Shown here one piece after another: positions 51,690 through 64,000 of a stretch of DNA of 64,000 nt (positions within the stretch are counted from its first letter, which is position 1; each line of letters starts with the position of its first letter). The notes under the pieces are model-generated. The model saw nothing but the letters and a program-made list of their open reading frames with translations, was not told the DNA's origin and made no database searches. Made by a program: the position numbers and the translations under genes. The stretch is from Octopus bimaculoides (Eukaryota), in the NCBI RefSeq assembly GCF_001194135.2, contig NC_068986.1:10883587-10947586 (forward strand). Direction: 5' to 3'.

Positions 51690-52012
51690 GTATACACTGT
51701 CATCGTCACTGGATTATCATCTCTTCGACCCCGTGAAAGAGGGTTTGAGAAGCAAACATTATTCCAGTGACGAGGAAGTGAAAACTGTAGTGAAGAAGTG
51801 GCTCAAAGAACAGTCAACGGAATTTTATGGGGCAATGATACATGCTCTCATTTGAAAGTGGAACGTTGCTATTGAGAGAAATGGTGACTATGTTGAGAAG
51901 TAGGGATGTGATCCACAGACGACCAGCTTAATTTTGATGTATGATACATGTTCCTGTGTGGATAATTATACCTGTCCTAAACAAAATGGCATTACTTTTT
52001 GACTTAACCTCA
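51690..52012 (+). mobile_element. mariner transposon 3' end
   Basis: DYHLFDPVKEGLRSKHY..DEEVK...WLKEQ; TIR ATTACTTTTTGACTTAACCTCA followed by TA. Confidence 0.85.
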
Positions 52013-52700
52013 TAATAAAAGTAGTGAACACAAAATGAAAGAAGACAAGACAGGAGGGACAAGTTTTGACAAATATTGTATTAGCTTTATGCTGAAAAGG
52101 AAGGGAAAGGGTCCTGACATTTTGGATGGTAGTCCTTCATCAGAAGAACAATACAAAAGTAAAGGAGTAGATTGAAAGAGAAAAAGTGGCTGGAGAGAAA
52201 AAAAAAAAAAGAAGCCAGTATATTATGAAGTCAATTCAATTGACCAAATTCTTCAAAGCGCTACCCTAGCTGTGCTAATGATTGAAACAAGTAAAAGAAA
52301 ACACACACACACATTCACCACATAATATGCATAATATGGTTCACGGATATCTTCACATAGAGCTTGTTATTTTTTAGTTTTCTCATCTGTCACAGTTTTC
52401 ACTGTGAATGAGTCACTCTTATATTTGTCAACTTCATTACTTCACATTCAAGACATCCTTGTGACCTATGATACTTCGAAACATGATATTTTTTTTTTGA
52501 CATGATGATGATAATGATGATCTACCATCTCTAACGGCGTGCTATTCAATTGCACTTCACCCCTTAACTCATAATCCTTACATTACAACGCTATAGCAGT
52601 ATAACACACAAAATCGTGAAACTTATCCCAATTTTTTTTGGTACATTCAGAATTAAATGTAGCTTCGTTTTTTTGTTCGTTCCCTTTTGGTTCTTAACAG

Positions 52701-52808
52701 ACTTGACATAAGAACAAAATTATCACGAACCACTCTCCACTGTAGTTTTAGGAAAACTTCTTGCTCATGTTGTCATATAAACATGACTTGTAGCAATGTG
52801 AACAGAAG
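52701..52808 (+). CDS. Candidate 108-nt exon (frame LDIRTKLSRTTLHCSFRKTSCSCCHINMTCSNVNR; ATG at 52783)
   Basis: Long pyrimidine tract ending TTAACAG, donor AG/GTGAGT, one frame open throughout; may be partly 5' UTR. Confidence 0.5.
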
Positions 52809-53016
52809 GTGAGTAGCCATTTTTGTATTTTGTTTTTTATATTTAACATCACATGACATCACATGCTAAGTAAATTTTTATATTTACTTATGTTCAAATT
52901 ATTCTTTACAAGTAAAGACAGAGCAATGGTTTGGTAGAACTGGTAGAATGTCAAACAAATAATGTTTGATATAATTTATAATAATACAAATAATAGAACT
53001 GGTAGAATGTCAAACA

Positions 53017-53100
<84 letters not shown>

Positions 53101-53112
53101 AAGAAGAAGAAG

Positions 53113-53735
53113 ACTTGGACCTGCCCCATGATAAAAACTGGTGGGTACACAAACCACCTCCAGTGCTTGAAAATGACCACATCTCACTCCTCTGGAACTT
53201 CACCTTTCAAACTGAGAGAAAGATAGATGCAAATAGGCCAGACCTCATATTGAAGGACTTCAGACAAAAATCATGCCTCCTCATTGATATGACTGTCCCA
53301 ATTGATATAAACATATCTGTCAAGACCTAACAAAAACTGAGCAAGTATAAAGATCTTGAAATAGAAATTGGCAAAATGTGGAACCTCAAGACTAAAACAA
53401 TACCTGTTGTCACAGGTGCCCTAGGAATGATAGCAAAAGGGGCTGATTGCTACCTAGCTCAGATACCAGGAAACCTCAAAATGGCAGAAATTCAAAAAGA
53501 TAGTGCTCATGGGAACTGCCCATATCCTACGTAAAATACTGTCTATGTAATCTCAAATTTTAAAACAAACTCATGATTTTCTCATGTTTTCTTAAACATG
53601 CTCTAGAACAATACAATGTACAAAACCAAATATACGGTACCCTAGGCATAACACCAACATGAACTTCTAACTTGTTGTCTCTTGAGGTCTCCGAGGGAGA
53701 CTTGGAGCCAACTTGTACAAATACAAAGCAAAAGT
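53113..53735 (+). mobile_element. R4/Dong-like non-LTR element, 3' fragment
   Basis: LWNFTFQTERKIDANRPDL, LIDMTVP, KYKDLEIEI and IPVVTGALG; flanked by (AAT)n(AAG)n and (ATT)n. Confidence 0.85.
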
Positions 53736-53741
53736 CAAACA

Positions 53742-53828
<87 letters not shown>

Positions 53829-53829
53829 C

Positions 53830-54230
53830 GAATCCAGACATAGTGTTAATTGAGAAAAAAAGCAAACAATGCTGGATCATAGATATAGCATGCCCAGCTG
53901 ACAACAAGGTATGCGATAAGGAAGAGAGAAAAGTCGAGAAATATAGCAGGTTAGCTTGGGAGGTTAAGCAGTTGTGGTCGCTGAAAAAGGTGGTAGTAGT
54001 ACCAATAATTGTCAGAGCCCTGGGAACAGTGAGTAAAAATCTTGGGAAGTACGTGGAACAAATAGGGACTGCAATAAGGATGGAGCACTTGCAGAAAACA
54101 GCACTGTTTAGAACCGCTTGAATACTCTGGATGGTGCTTGAAAAATAAGAGGTGTTGTGTTACTTTAGTTCACTGGTAGTGAACAGTTGGCACTGTAGTA
54201 CATCTCCAGCATTAGAAGCTGCTGAAAGAC
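53830..54230 (+). mobile_element. R4/Dong-like non-LTR element, 3' fragment, same family as 14175-14413
   Basis: PDIVLIEKKSKQCWIIDIACPAD...KVEKY; (AAT)n on both sides. Confidence 0.85.
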
Positions 54231-54639
54231 AATAAATAATAATAATAATAATAACATATAATGAGCTTCCACACAGTTTTCATCTACCAAATTTATTCAC
54301 AGTTCTTTGGTTGACCTGAGGCTATCGTAGAAGACACTTGTTGAAGGTGCCCCTCCACATACACACACACACACTGTGGGACTGAACCTAAAGCTACATG
54401 GTTGTAAAGCAAGCTTGTTAACCACACAGCCATACTGGCTTTTTAATCAGATCACAGAAAGGAAAGGAATACAAATTAGTGCCCAGCCCTGCTCAAGTTG
54501 TTGCCAGACTGACGAGAGAAAAGTATTCTAAAGTCAGACACTCTAACCTAAAGTTAAAACATGTGGTCAGCTTAAAATCCTATCCAAGGTCCATTCTTCC
54601 TGCAGACGAAGATGCAGGTTTGAGAATTGTGGTCATTAT

Positions 54640-55015
54640 CATCATCGTCGTCATCGTCACCGTTTAACATCCATTTTCCATGCTGGCATGGGTTGGACGG
54701 TTTGACTGAGGACTGGCAAACCAAAAGGCTGCACCAGGCTCCAATATGACCTGGCAAAGTTTCTACAGCTGATGCCCTTCCTAACGCCAATCACTCCAAG
54801 TAGTGGGTGCTTTTTATGTGCCACTGGCATGAGGGTCAGTTAGGTGGCACTGGCAACAACCATGCTCGAATGGTGCTTTTTACATGCCACTAGCATGGGA
54901 GCCAGTCAGGCAGTACTGGCATCGACCACACTCAAATGATGCTTTTTTATGTGCCACAGGCACGGGCGCCAGTCAGGCGGCACGGGCGCCAGTCAGGCGG
55001 CACTGGCACTGGCGG
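54640..55015 (-). mobile_element. Family C (RTE-tail) element
   Basis: Same tail and subrepeats as 18700-19075. Confidence 0.8.
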
Positions 55016-55045
55016 TAATTGATGTTGTAGCTGTAGCAGTATATA

Positions 55046-55467
55046 CAAGGTGCAGTCAAAAAGTATCTGACCTTGATTTTTTGAGGCACAAAATAATGCG
55101 TGGGCAAAATCTGCTCGTTCTGCCCATGTTGTCCAAGAATTCCTCATCAAGCAAAACACACACCACTTGTTCGTCAGGCTTTTTACCCGCCAGACTTGGC
55201 TCTGTATAACTTTCAGCTATTCCCAAAGCTAAAAAAAAGAAACACTCAAAGGGAGAAGATTTGAGTCAACAGAGAACATTAAGCAAAATTTGACAGCACA
55301 GCTCGACAGCATCCCAAAAAGAGATTTCCAGAAATGTTTCCAACAGTGGCAGAAGTGTGTAGACTCCCAGAACGAATTCTTTGAAGGAGTCTAAATTAAA
55401 ATGGTGAGTTTTTTTTAATATTAGTTATTTTTTGTCCAAAGGTTGAATACTTTTTGACTACACCTCA
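55046..55467 (+). mobile_element. Internally deleted mariner with both TIRs
   Basis: CAAGGTGCAGTCAAAAAGTAT / ATACTTTTTGACTACACCTCA, TA on both sides; remnant PDLA..FPKLK..LKGRRFES..FQKCFQQW. Confidence 0.85.
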
Positions 55468-56963
55468 TATTGTGAATATGTATGACCTTGTGGTTAAGAT
55501 GTTGCATTCATGATCTCAGGATCGTAGTTCAATTTCCAGACCAGGCGGTGCATTGTCTTCTTGAGCAAAACACTTCATTTCACATTGTTGCGTTCCGTTC
55601 AGCTGTAAATTAGTAACCCTGCAACAGACTGGCATCCCTCTCAGAGGAAATGTTGTGATCTTGGTCACCATGGAAACCAGGTAACCAGCCTTATGAGTCC
55701 TGGGACTTGAGACTGTAATATCTGGGGAGGACTAAGGGGCTGTAATATCTGGGGGGAGAGGGGGGTCGTATTTATTGTTGGAGTCATTGTTTAACCCCAG
55801 GTAAACCCAAATCAAGTAGGATCACAGCAAAAGGCATTCCAGCCATGACTGGGCCTTCTTTTTATATATCAAGAACTACATTCTTTTCTATGTTTTTTTT
55901 TTTTGCTGTGGCTGGGCGTCATTTAAGAGACATTTGTCTGTCGTTTCTAACAGGTCAAGTTGCCACTTTGAGATGACTTTGTTGATTCATTATTGTTGAA
56001 GCTGTTATAGTTTCTGCAGCAGCAGCAGTAACAGTGGCAGTGGTGGCAGTGGTGGTGGTGGTGGTGGNNNNNNNNNNNNNNNNNNNNNNNNNNNNNNNNN
56101 NNNNNNNNNNNNNNNNNNNNNNNNNNNNNNNNNNNNNNNNNNNNNNNNNNNNNNNNNNNNNNNNNNNNNNNNNNNNNNNNNNNNNNNNNNNNNNNNNNNN
56201 NNNNNNNNNNNNNNNNNNNNNNNNNNNNNNNNNNNNNNNNNNNNNNNNNNNNNNNNNNNNNNNNNNNNNNNNNNNNNNNNNNNNNNNNNNNNNNNNNNNN
56301 NNNNNNNNNNNNNNNNNNNNNNNNNNNNNNNNNNNNNNNNNNNNNNNNNNNNNNNNNNNNNNNNNNNNNNNNNNNNNNNNNNNNNNNNNNNNNNNNNNNN
56401 NNNNNNNNNNNNNNNNNNNNNNNNNNNNNNNNNNNNNNNNNNNNNNNNNNNNNNNNNNNNNNNNNNNNNNNNNNNTTTTTTTTTTTTTTTTTTTTGGTAT
56501 TTCAAAGTATTCTTGGATTTTGTTTGGGACACCTTTAATAACTCTATATGATTACCAGCCCTTTTGGGCAATCCTTTCTTGTTGTTACTTTATTGTTCTT
56601 TATTTTTTTGTTATTACTTTTTATTGCCACCACCACCACCACAATCACTACCACCACCACCACCGCCATCATCATCGTCATTTAATGTCCATCTACCATG
56701 CTGGTATGAATTGGATGGTTTGTCAAGAATCCTACAAATCAAGGACGGCATCTTATTCCAATTGTCAGCTTTGATGTGGTTTCTACAGATGGATGCCTTT
56801 CCTAATGCCAACCCCTTTACACTGTGAACCATTTATTCCCCCATCTGTTGTTTTTCTTCTTCTTTTTTTATATTTCATCTTTTAATGATTCCCAACATTT
56901 TGGGGCTTTGTGACCAATAAAAATTATTGGCAGAATTGTTAAGGGGTCAGGAAAAGGGATTAA

Positions 56964-57182
56964 CCCTTTTGTTACTGAATTTATTTGAGATGCTCTGTGT
57001 TTCTTTCAATTACTCAAATATAACAAAGAATTTAGTAAAATAACTTAGTTATCATTCAGCTAGTGTTAGGAACATAAATTGTGACCAAGGTTTAGTGGAA
57101 GATTTTAGTTTAAAACTTATGAAAACAAAACATTTGTACTCAGAACCAGGGGCCGGTTTCAGGTGGGTTGATAACGAAAGAG
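56964..57182. mobile_element. piggyBac-type MITE, family 1, opposite orientation
   Basis: TTAA TSD on both sides; reverse complement of 25873-26139. Confidence 0.8.
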
Positions 57183-57559
57183 TTAATGGCATTTCGTCTG
57201 GCTTTTTATGCTCTGAGTTCAAATTCCACCAAGTTCGCTTTGTCTTTCATTCTTTTAGTTGGGGTGGGGTCCATAGAAATAAGTTTCAGTGAAATTTCCC
57301 CCTATTTGTAAAAAAAAAAGGTTTTATATTTCGGCATAAAAATAAGTTCGATTTTGTCATCAAATGATAAAAAAATATTTATGAGGTTGGCATCCGCTGT
57401 GGTGGCAGTAGGAGAAGTCTGCCACAAAAGTGATAGTAAGAATTATATCTCCCACCTACCAAAAACCAACAGATTTTTGTCAAGAATAGAGAGAAAAAGA
57501 GAAAATGACAGTTACAGAGGTATGTATATTAGGGTGGAGTGAAAATGAAAAATTGTGGA

Positions 57560-57870
57560 AGTGTAAACTCCAGTTTGGTTTCAAATCAAAGGCATACAAT
57601 CATGCAGCTTTGGATCTCTGCATTTATTTCAAATGATTAAGCTTTCAAGATATCTTCCAAATTAATATCAAAGGATTATTGATAATGTCATCCAAAGAAA
57701 TGGGTTTTTCACCCACCCAGAGAACATTCTTTTGAGCATGTTGTGTGATGATCAAGATCACATCCATGAACTCACAATAAGAAGGATCCTTTCATTTCGA
57801 CATTCAAAACAACATGAACATCCCATCAGAATATTTCAAGTGCGGAAATAAACTTTTCAACCAGAGAGCA
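57560..57870 (+). mobile_element. DNA transposase relic, superfamily not assigned
   Basis: TPVWFQIK..SC..GSLHLF..IKLSRYLP..IIDNVIQRNGFFTHPENILLSML.DDQDHIHELTIRRIL resembles an invertebrate transposase family recalled with an NAYFAHPEN motif. Confidence 0.6.
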
Positions 57871-59454
57871 CACCGAGCTCATATTGTATATTGCAAGGTA
57901 TAGTGTGTTGTTGTCCAAGAAATACAGCTAGGAAACAGGTAAGAATGGAAGTGTGATACTTGTCTCTTGCCAAAAACAAGAGGCTTTCACGTGTCCTAAA
58001 AAGATCAGCTAGATGCTCTGACCAATATATGAATGATGCCATTTCCCTCAACTAGTTTTAAGCATCTAAAAGTTTGTACAAGATTGTGGATGAAGCAAGC
58101 CAACAGGCTGAGTTAGTGTGTCATACACTTATCCATGGGTTGGTGTCACTATACATAGAGAGGAGGTGGAATACAAAGGTCACAGCCACAGACATTAGTG
58201 GTGATGGTGACCCCTGGTTCATTTTCATCTTTACAATACAGTAGAGGTAGGTGGTTAGCAGATGACATAAAATTATTTGTGGTCAGGTGGGTTGTGCATG
58301 GATATGCAAGTCCTAATGATCTCCTAAACACTACAAGATTATTCCAGAGCTCTAACACACAGCAAAGGCAGAAATGAAAGCTATCAGTCTTGTGGTGTAC
58401 AGCAGAAATCCCAGTTGCTATACATGTGGCAGTAACAGTCACTTGAGGCTTTTATACTCAGAAAAGTTGGAGAAGCAGAGGAAATAACAACAGCAGACAT
58501 CCAAAAAAATGATAAATTTAAGTTAATTGTTTGTATCTATTCTATTTAGTTCTCAAAACTTGTGTAGTGAGACTCCAGCTGAAATTTGAGCTATAGCTCT
58601 CAGGTTTTCCTAGTGTCGACCCATGAACTTATATATTCCATAAAAAGTAAATGTTGCCATAAAACATAACACCTACATACATATAGCTCAACCAATCAGC
58701 ACTGGCTGACTTATAAAGATTGAGGCGCCAAAACTTCAAAGGAAGTGAGTTCTCTTGCCAAATAGATTGGCTGAAAATTCTAGAAAGATGACTAACAGCT
58801 ATAAAAAGACAGGAAAATTCAACTTAACTAGGGAGCCACTGCTGTCTAATGGAATCTATATCACTTCTCTCAACAAGTTGTTCTCTCTCTCCCTCTTTCA
58901 ATTTTAAGTAACATGTCCATGTTGTAGTTGAGAAAAGGCACTAATCTTTACTTGTGGTATCCAGTCACATTCATTAATTACATGAAATGATTAATTTCCT
59001 TGCTCTATCTTCATTTAGCAAGTGGTAGGCAGAAGATTTCTAACAGTTAAGTTCATCAGACATTAATTCATTAATTCATTGAATGTACATTTGTATTGAA
59101 TGCATGTTTGTAAATATAACAATGCAGATTAGTAAAATACATGAAAACTCAGTCAAACTTTAGTAATGTCATTGTCAATACGTGCAACCTTGTTAACATG
59201 TAGACAGAAAAATACATGATGAAGCACCACACTAAATGTGCAAGAGGAAACTAATAAGGCATCATGTATATGTTGAATAAAATCAAATAATTTTGAAACC
59301 ATGGATATATTGCTCAATAGATAATGAATAAAAAGGGGACCTAGAATGAAGCCATTAGAGAGAGGTAGATAGCATAATATTTGACTATTTTATTCAACAA
59401 ATTGATTCAATTTGTGAGGTAAATGTGAAATATTTGATGTATTTGGTAATTCCA

Positions 59455-59652
59455 TAGAATCGTTAGCATGCCATGCAAAATGCTTAGTGGCTTTTTGCCC
59501 AGCCTTACATTTTAAGTTCAAATTCTGCTGAGGTCAGCTTTGCCTTTCATCCTTTGAGGGTTGATAAAATAAGTACCAGTAGAACACTGGGGTTGATGTA
59601 ATTTACTATTCCATGCCCCCAAATTTCAGGCCTCGTGCTTCCAGTAGAAAGA

Positions 59653-59712
<60 letters not shown>

Positions 59713-59945
59713 GTTGTTGTTAAGGTGGCGAGCTGGCAGAATCGTTAGCGCATTGGATGAAATGCTTAGCGGTATTTTGTCCATCGCTACATTCTGAGTT
59801 CAAATTCCACTGAGGTCAACTTTGCCTTTCATCCTTTCAGTGTCAATAAATTAAGTACCAGTGAAATACTGGGGTCAGTGTAATTGACTAGTCCCCTCCC
59901 CCAAAATTTCAGGCTTTGTGCCTACAGCAGAAAGGATTATTATTA
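59455..59945 (+). mobile_element. Two SINE family B copies with (ATT)n tails
   Basis: Family B head, core and tail twice. Confidence 0.85.
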
Positions 59946-59957
59946 TTATTATTATTA

Positions 59958-60590
59958 AGAAGGCAAGTATCTTCTACTATAGCCCCAGCCTGACCTGTGC
60001 TTTGTGAGTGTTTGAATTTGGTAGACAGAGATTGTGTGGAAGGCCATCATGTGTGTGTGTGTGTGTGTGTGTGTGTGGTCGTCATCGTTTAATGTCCACT
60101 TTCCATGCTGGCATGGGTTGGACGGTTTGACTGAGGACTGGCAAGCCAGGAAGCTGCACCAGGCTCCAATCTGATCTGGCAATGTTTCTACAGCTGGATG
60201 CCCTTCCTAACGCCAACCACTCCGAGAGTGTAGTGGGTGCTTTTTACATGCCACCGGTATGGGGGCAGCCAGTCAGGTGGCTCTGGCATCGATCATGCTC
60301 AAATGGTGTATTTTACATGCCATCGGCACAGTGTGTGTACAAATAAATAAATAAATAAATAAAAAAATAAATAAATGGGTGGGTGTGTTTGTGTCTGTTC
60401 TCCCCTACTGCTTGACAACCAGTGTTGGTTTGTTTACATCCCCATAATGCAATGGTTTGGCAAAAGACACCAATAGAATAAGTATCAGATTTTTTAAAAA
60501 TTAGTACCAAGGTTGATTTGTTCGACTAAAAGCCTTCAAAGTGGTTGTCCCAGCATGGCCATAGTCCAGAGACTGAAACAAATAAAAGAT
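59958..60590 (+). mobile_element. SINE family A interrupted at its microsatellite by a family C element (60077-60330, minus strand)
   Basis: Family A centre, (TG)n, RTE-tail insert, then family A tail. Confidence 0.8.
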
Positions 60591-61633
60591 ATGTTGATAG
60601 TGGAGGCTTCTGATTGCCTAAAATTATCCCCCACCCCCCAAAAAATTCGCTCTTTGATTTAAAGGTCCGTAAATTGTTTTATTATTAATTTGTCATCCAA
60701 ACAAATGTTATTTTTGCAGTTAGAAAGCAAAGGTACATCTATGCATAAACTTTCAAAAATATTGAGCTCTCTACATCAAACGGAAAAGATCCGACAGCAA
60801 AGGAATTTTTCCAGAAAAATTTGGCTGCTATTTCTAACAGATCAAGCAAGTATGGTTGTTGCTTGTAATTGCTACCATTGTTGTTGTTGATGTTATTTAT
60901 GCAGCCTCTGTTGCTATTTGCTAATTACTTGTTATCTGTTAAACCACCTCACCACATTCATTAGCTTAATTATTATTATTATCCATAATAATAATATTGA
61001 TCTGATTACACAGACACAATAAGTGGCAGACAGTGCAAAATTTGTTGCTTTTATTGAGTTTTTCTTGTTTCATTTCAATTGTTTGTTTTCTAGAATTTAT
61101 TAATTTATTTTTTCTTTGTTTTTCACAGTGTTTTATTATTTTGTGTATTAACTATTATATTTTTTAATCCAGTCATTTAATTTGCTTTTCACTCTGTTTC
61201 GCTTTATTTCTCGTATCTATCTAGCTTTATCTATTTATATAAATATATATATCCCTCACTATCTTCTTTCTATGTATATAGAAAGACAGACAGACAGATA
61301 AGTAGACACGTATGTATGTGGATTTAATTTGATTTATCTGTTTATTCATTTATTGTTGGCAAAACATGAAGCTTATCTCATTCACTTTAACCAGCTTTGG
61401 TGGTTGTGTTGACAGAAACGTTAGAGCGATTACATTCTGAGTTTGAATCTCAACGAGTCCAACTTTGCCATTCATCTTTCTGGGATAGATTAACCAAAGA
61501 ATCAGGTAAGTTGTAAATGGAATTCTAACAGAAATAGTCTTACTCAATAACATAATAAATATTGACATTTTATTCTGCCTTATCGAAAACCTCATGCACA
61601 GAAGGAGGATTATAGACACGTGTAGTAACGCCG

Positions 61634-61661
61634 TGCGCATGCGTAGTCTCACGCATGCGTG
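61634..61661. promoter_or_regulatory. Paired NRF1-like palindromes TGCGCATGCG and CACGCATGCGTG
   Basis: Seen directly in a CpG-rich non-repeat patch. Confidence 0.5.
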
Positions 61662-62014
61662 GAATTAAACAAGCAAGCGTTCCCGCTCAATTCATTCTCT
61701 TTCTTGCTGGCCAGCAATAGAGCATGGACGTGTCAAGAGTGTCTCCAACATTCCAACTCTGGAGACAGTCTCTTTACATGTATAGTTGTCACTCTACATC
61801 TTTCGGACTTACGCTCGACAGCTCGCTCACATCTACATAACAACGTCCCAACAACAGAAGCTGTAACAACAAGAACTAAAGATGTATATATTTACCACCT
61901 AAATAAAGTGTTGTATAAGTTGATAGTCTGGAGTTCAGCGTTCCGTTATATTTCTTAATTTTATATAGGAAAGTCAGGTATACATCTAATGATGTATAAC
62001 CAACTTTCCTATAC

Positions 62015-63147
62015 ATGTACAAATAATAATGCAGTTTTTTATTACTTCCTTTGTTTTTCAAAATTAAGATAAGCAAAGTTCTTTTTTAATCTAAAATATA
62101 TTCTCCTTCATTTTCTACAATGCTCTCCCATATATCTGGTAGACATGCAAGGCCCCTCTTCTAAAATTCACTTGCCTGCTACGAAAAATGTTCCTCCAGT
62201 ACTGTTCTTACCTTGTCTACAGAATTAATATTTCCCGTCCAAATGATATTGAAGACTGCAGAATAAATGATAATCAGATGGGGCAATGTTTGGTGAATAT
62301 GGTGGGTGGGTCATTGTTTCCCATTCAAACTGCTCTAGCCTTTGGAATGTCTTCTTCGCTGTATGTGGCCAAGCATTATCCTGATGGGAGAACACCTTTC
62401 GTCTTGAAACCAAAGATGATCGTTTTTCTTCTAGCGCTGACTTGAACGACTGGTTCGGTGACCAAATCCAAGCTTCTCTGCTTGTTCCTGAACAGCTACG
62501 GTGGGATTTTGTTCCACTAAGGTTTACAGGGCGCCCTCGTCGAGCTCTACAGATCTTCCAGGACGAGGCTTGTCTACTAGGATGTAGTTACCGGCTCAGA
62601 ATTTCTGGAACCACCGTAGACACTGGCTTACGTTTATTGTCCGATCCCCATATACTGCATTAGTATTTCTCGCACTTTCCATTGCGTTGTTGTCTTTATT
62701 GAACTCATAAAGAAAAATATGCGAATATATTTCTTTGTCACTTCCCTTATTGCTTTGACAAAATAAAAGATATGTTGATAGAGGAGGCTTCTGATTGCCC
62801 AAATTTACCAAAAAAAAAAAAAAAATTCACTCTTTGATTTAAAGGTCCATAAATTGTTTTATTATTAATTTGTCATCCAAACGATTGTTATATTTGCAAT
62901 TAGCAAGCAAAGGTACATCTATGCATAAACTTTCAGAAATATCGACAAATCATTTGTCCCTTCCATTATAGCTTTGACAAAATAACTGTTAAAATCGAAC
63001 CATACTCTTCAAAACTTGCACTAAGAATAAGGTAAAATTACTACCTGCTTTTATAGCAAGTTGATGCAGGTAGTTTATCCCATTCCCCTCCAACTTTTAG
63101 TTCATGCAATTGAAAAAAAAAACTGTATTATTTATGGAATGACCCAA
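62015..63147 (-). mobile_element. mariner transposon, decayed and internally deleted
   Basis: HIFLYEFNK..RWFQKF, HQDNAWPHTA and HPPYSPNIAPSDYHLF; 5' TIR TTGGGTCATTCCATAAATAAT next to TA at 63148; partial 3' TIR near 62023. Confidence 0.85.
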
Positions 63148-63329
63148 TACACACACACACACACACCCAATACACACACACACACACACGATGCATAAGT
63201 TATTTGAGAACCCATTTTTAAAATTTTTTTTCTTTTGAAAAAAAAAAGCACATATAAAAACAGAAAACAGCTTTGTTGATGAAAAGAATAGACCAAATTA
63301 AATATAGACAAGATAATTTTCTTCATAAT

Positions 63330-63880
63330 CTTACTGAATGTAGCCACCTTCTGCATGAACAACTGCTTCTATGCAAGATCTGAATCTTCTACATGCCCGA
63401 ATTTAATGGTCCTGGTTCATATTGGACATTACTCTGGCTATGGCAGCATTCAAAGAATCCTTGGTGTTATGGTAATGTTGATTGACCACTCTAGCAACAA
63501 TGCTCCACATGTAATAGTCCAATGGATTGAGATCTACTGAGTTTGGAGGCCAAATGTTAGGGGTTATGTGATCATGAAAATTATCAGCCATTCATTCTTA
63601 TTGAATTGCTTGAGCCCTATGTGATGGCACCAAGTCCTGCTGAAACGCATACATCCTTCCATTGCATATTCTATCTAACCAGGGCTTGACAACTGTTTCC
63701 AAGACCTCACTGTAGCCAGCAGAGTTAACTCTAAGACCTTGGGAAAGGAAGTGAGGAGGCATCACATTGTCCTTCATTATTGACAACTCTAAAAGCTATG
63801 ACAGATGCAGGAAACCTGGTGTGCATGACTGTTGGAACTCCAGAAGGGCCTGAAGATAACCATTTGTCATTTTTATCTTT
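63330..63880 (-). mobile_element. maT (Bmmar1-like) transposase relic
   Basis: VMPPHFL.QGLRVNSAGY, FQQDLVPSH and WPPNSVDLNPLDY; paralog of 47450-47965. Confidence 0.8.
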
Positions 63881-64000
63881 TGCACTTGGTTCAGGTTTTT
63901 CTTATCTGAAAAAAATCAAAATTCTGTCACGTTCTGCATTTTTAACTTTGATAACCTTTTAGATCTGAACAAATAATTGTCCTTTCTCCCACCTTTTTTC

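Overview
Repeat-dense, AT-rich metazoan genomic DNA with many N gaps next to microsatellites. The SINE, LINE and DNA-transposon repertoire points to a cephalopod, most likely Octopus (inference, from recalled repeat families). Almost all ORFs in the track are microsatellite, gap or transposon artefacts, and no intact long protein-coding gene is visible. The window holds dozens of tRNA-derived SINEs (at least 4 families), RTE, CR1/L2-like, R4/Dong-like and HERO-like non-LTR fragments, and mariner and maT relics. It also holds piggyBac-, hAT- and Mutator-type MITEs, a few candidate host exons (a minus-strand gene starting near 41137/34721, a plus-strand exon at 52701) and two promoter-like motif clusters. 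The most striking object is at 5790-6372 (-): a nearly full-length U2 snRNA copy fused head-to-tail to a 27-bp tandem array and an RTE-type 3' tail, i.e. a candidate U2-derived SINE or U2-RTE chimeric retrocopy.
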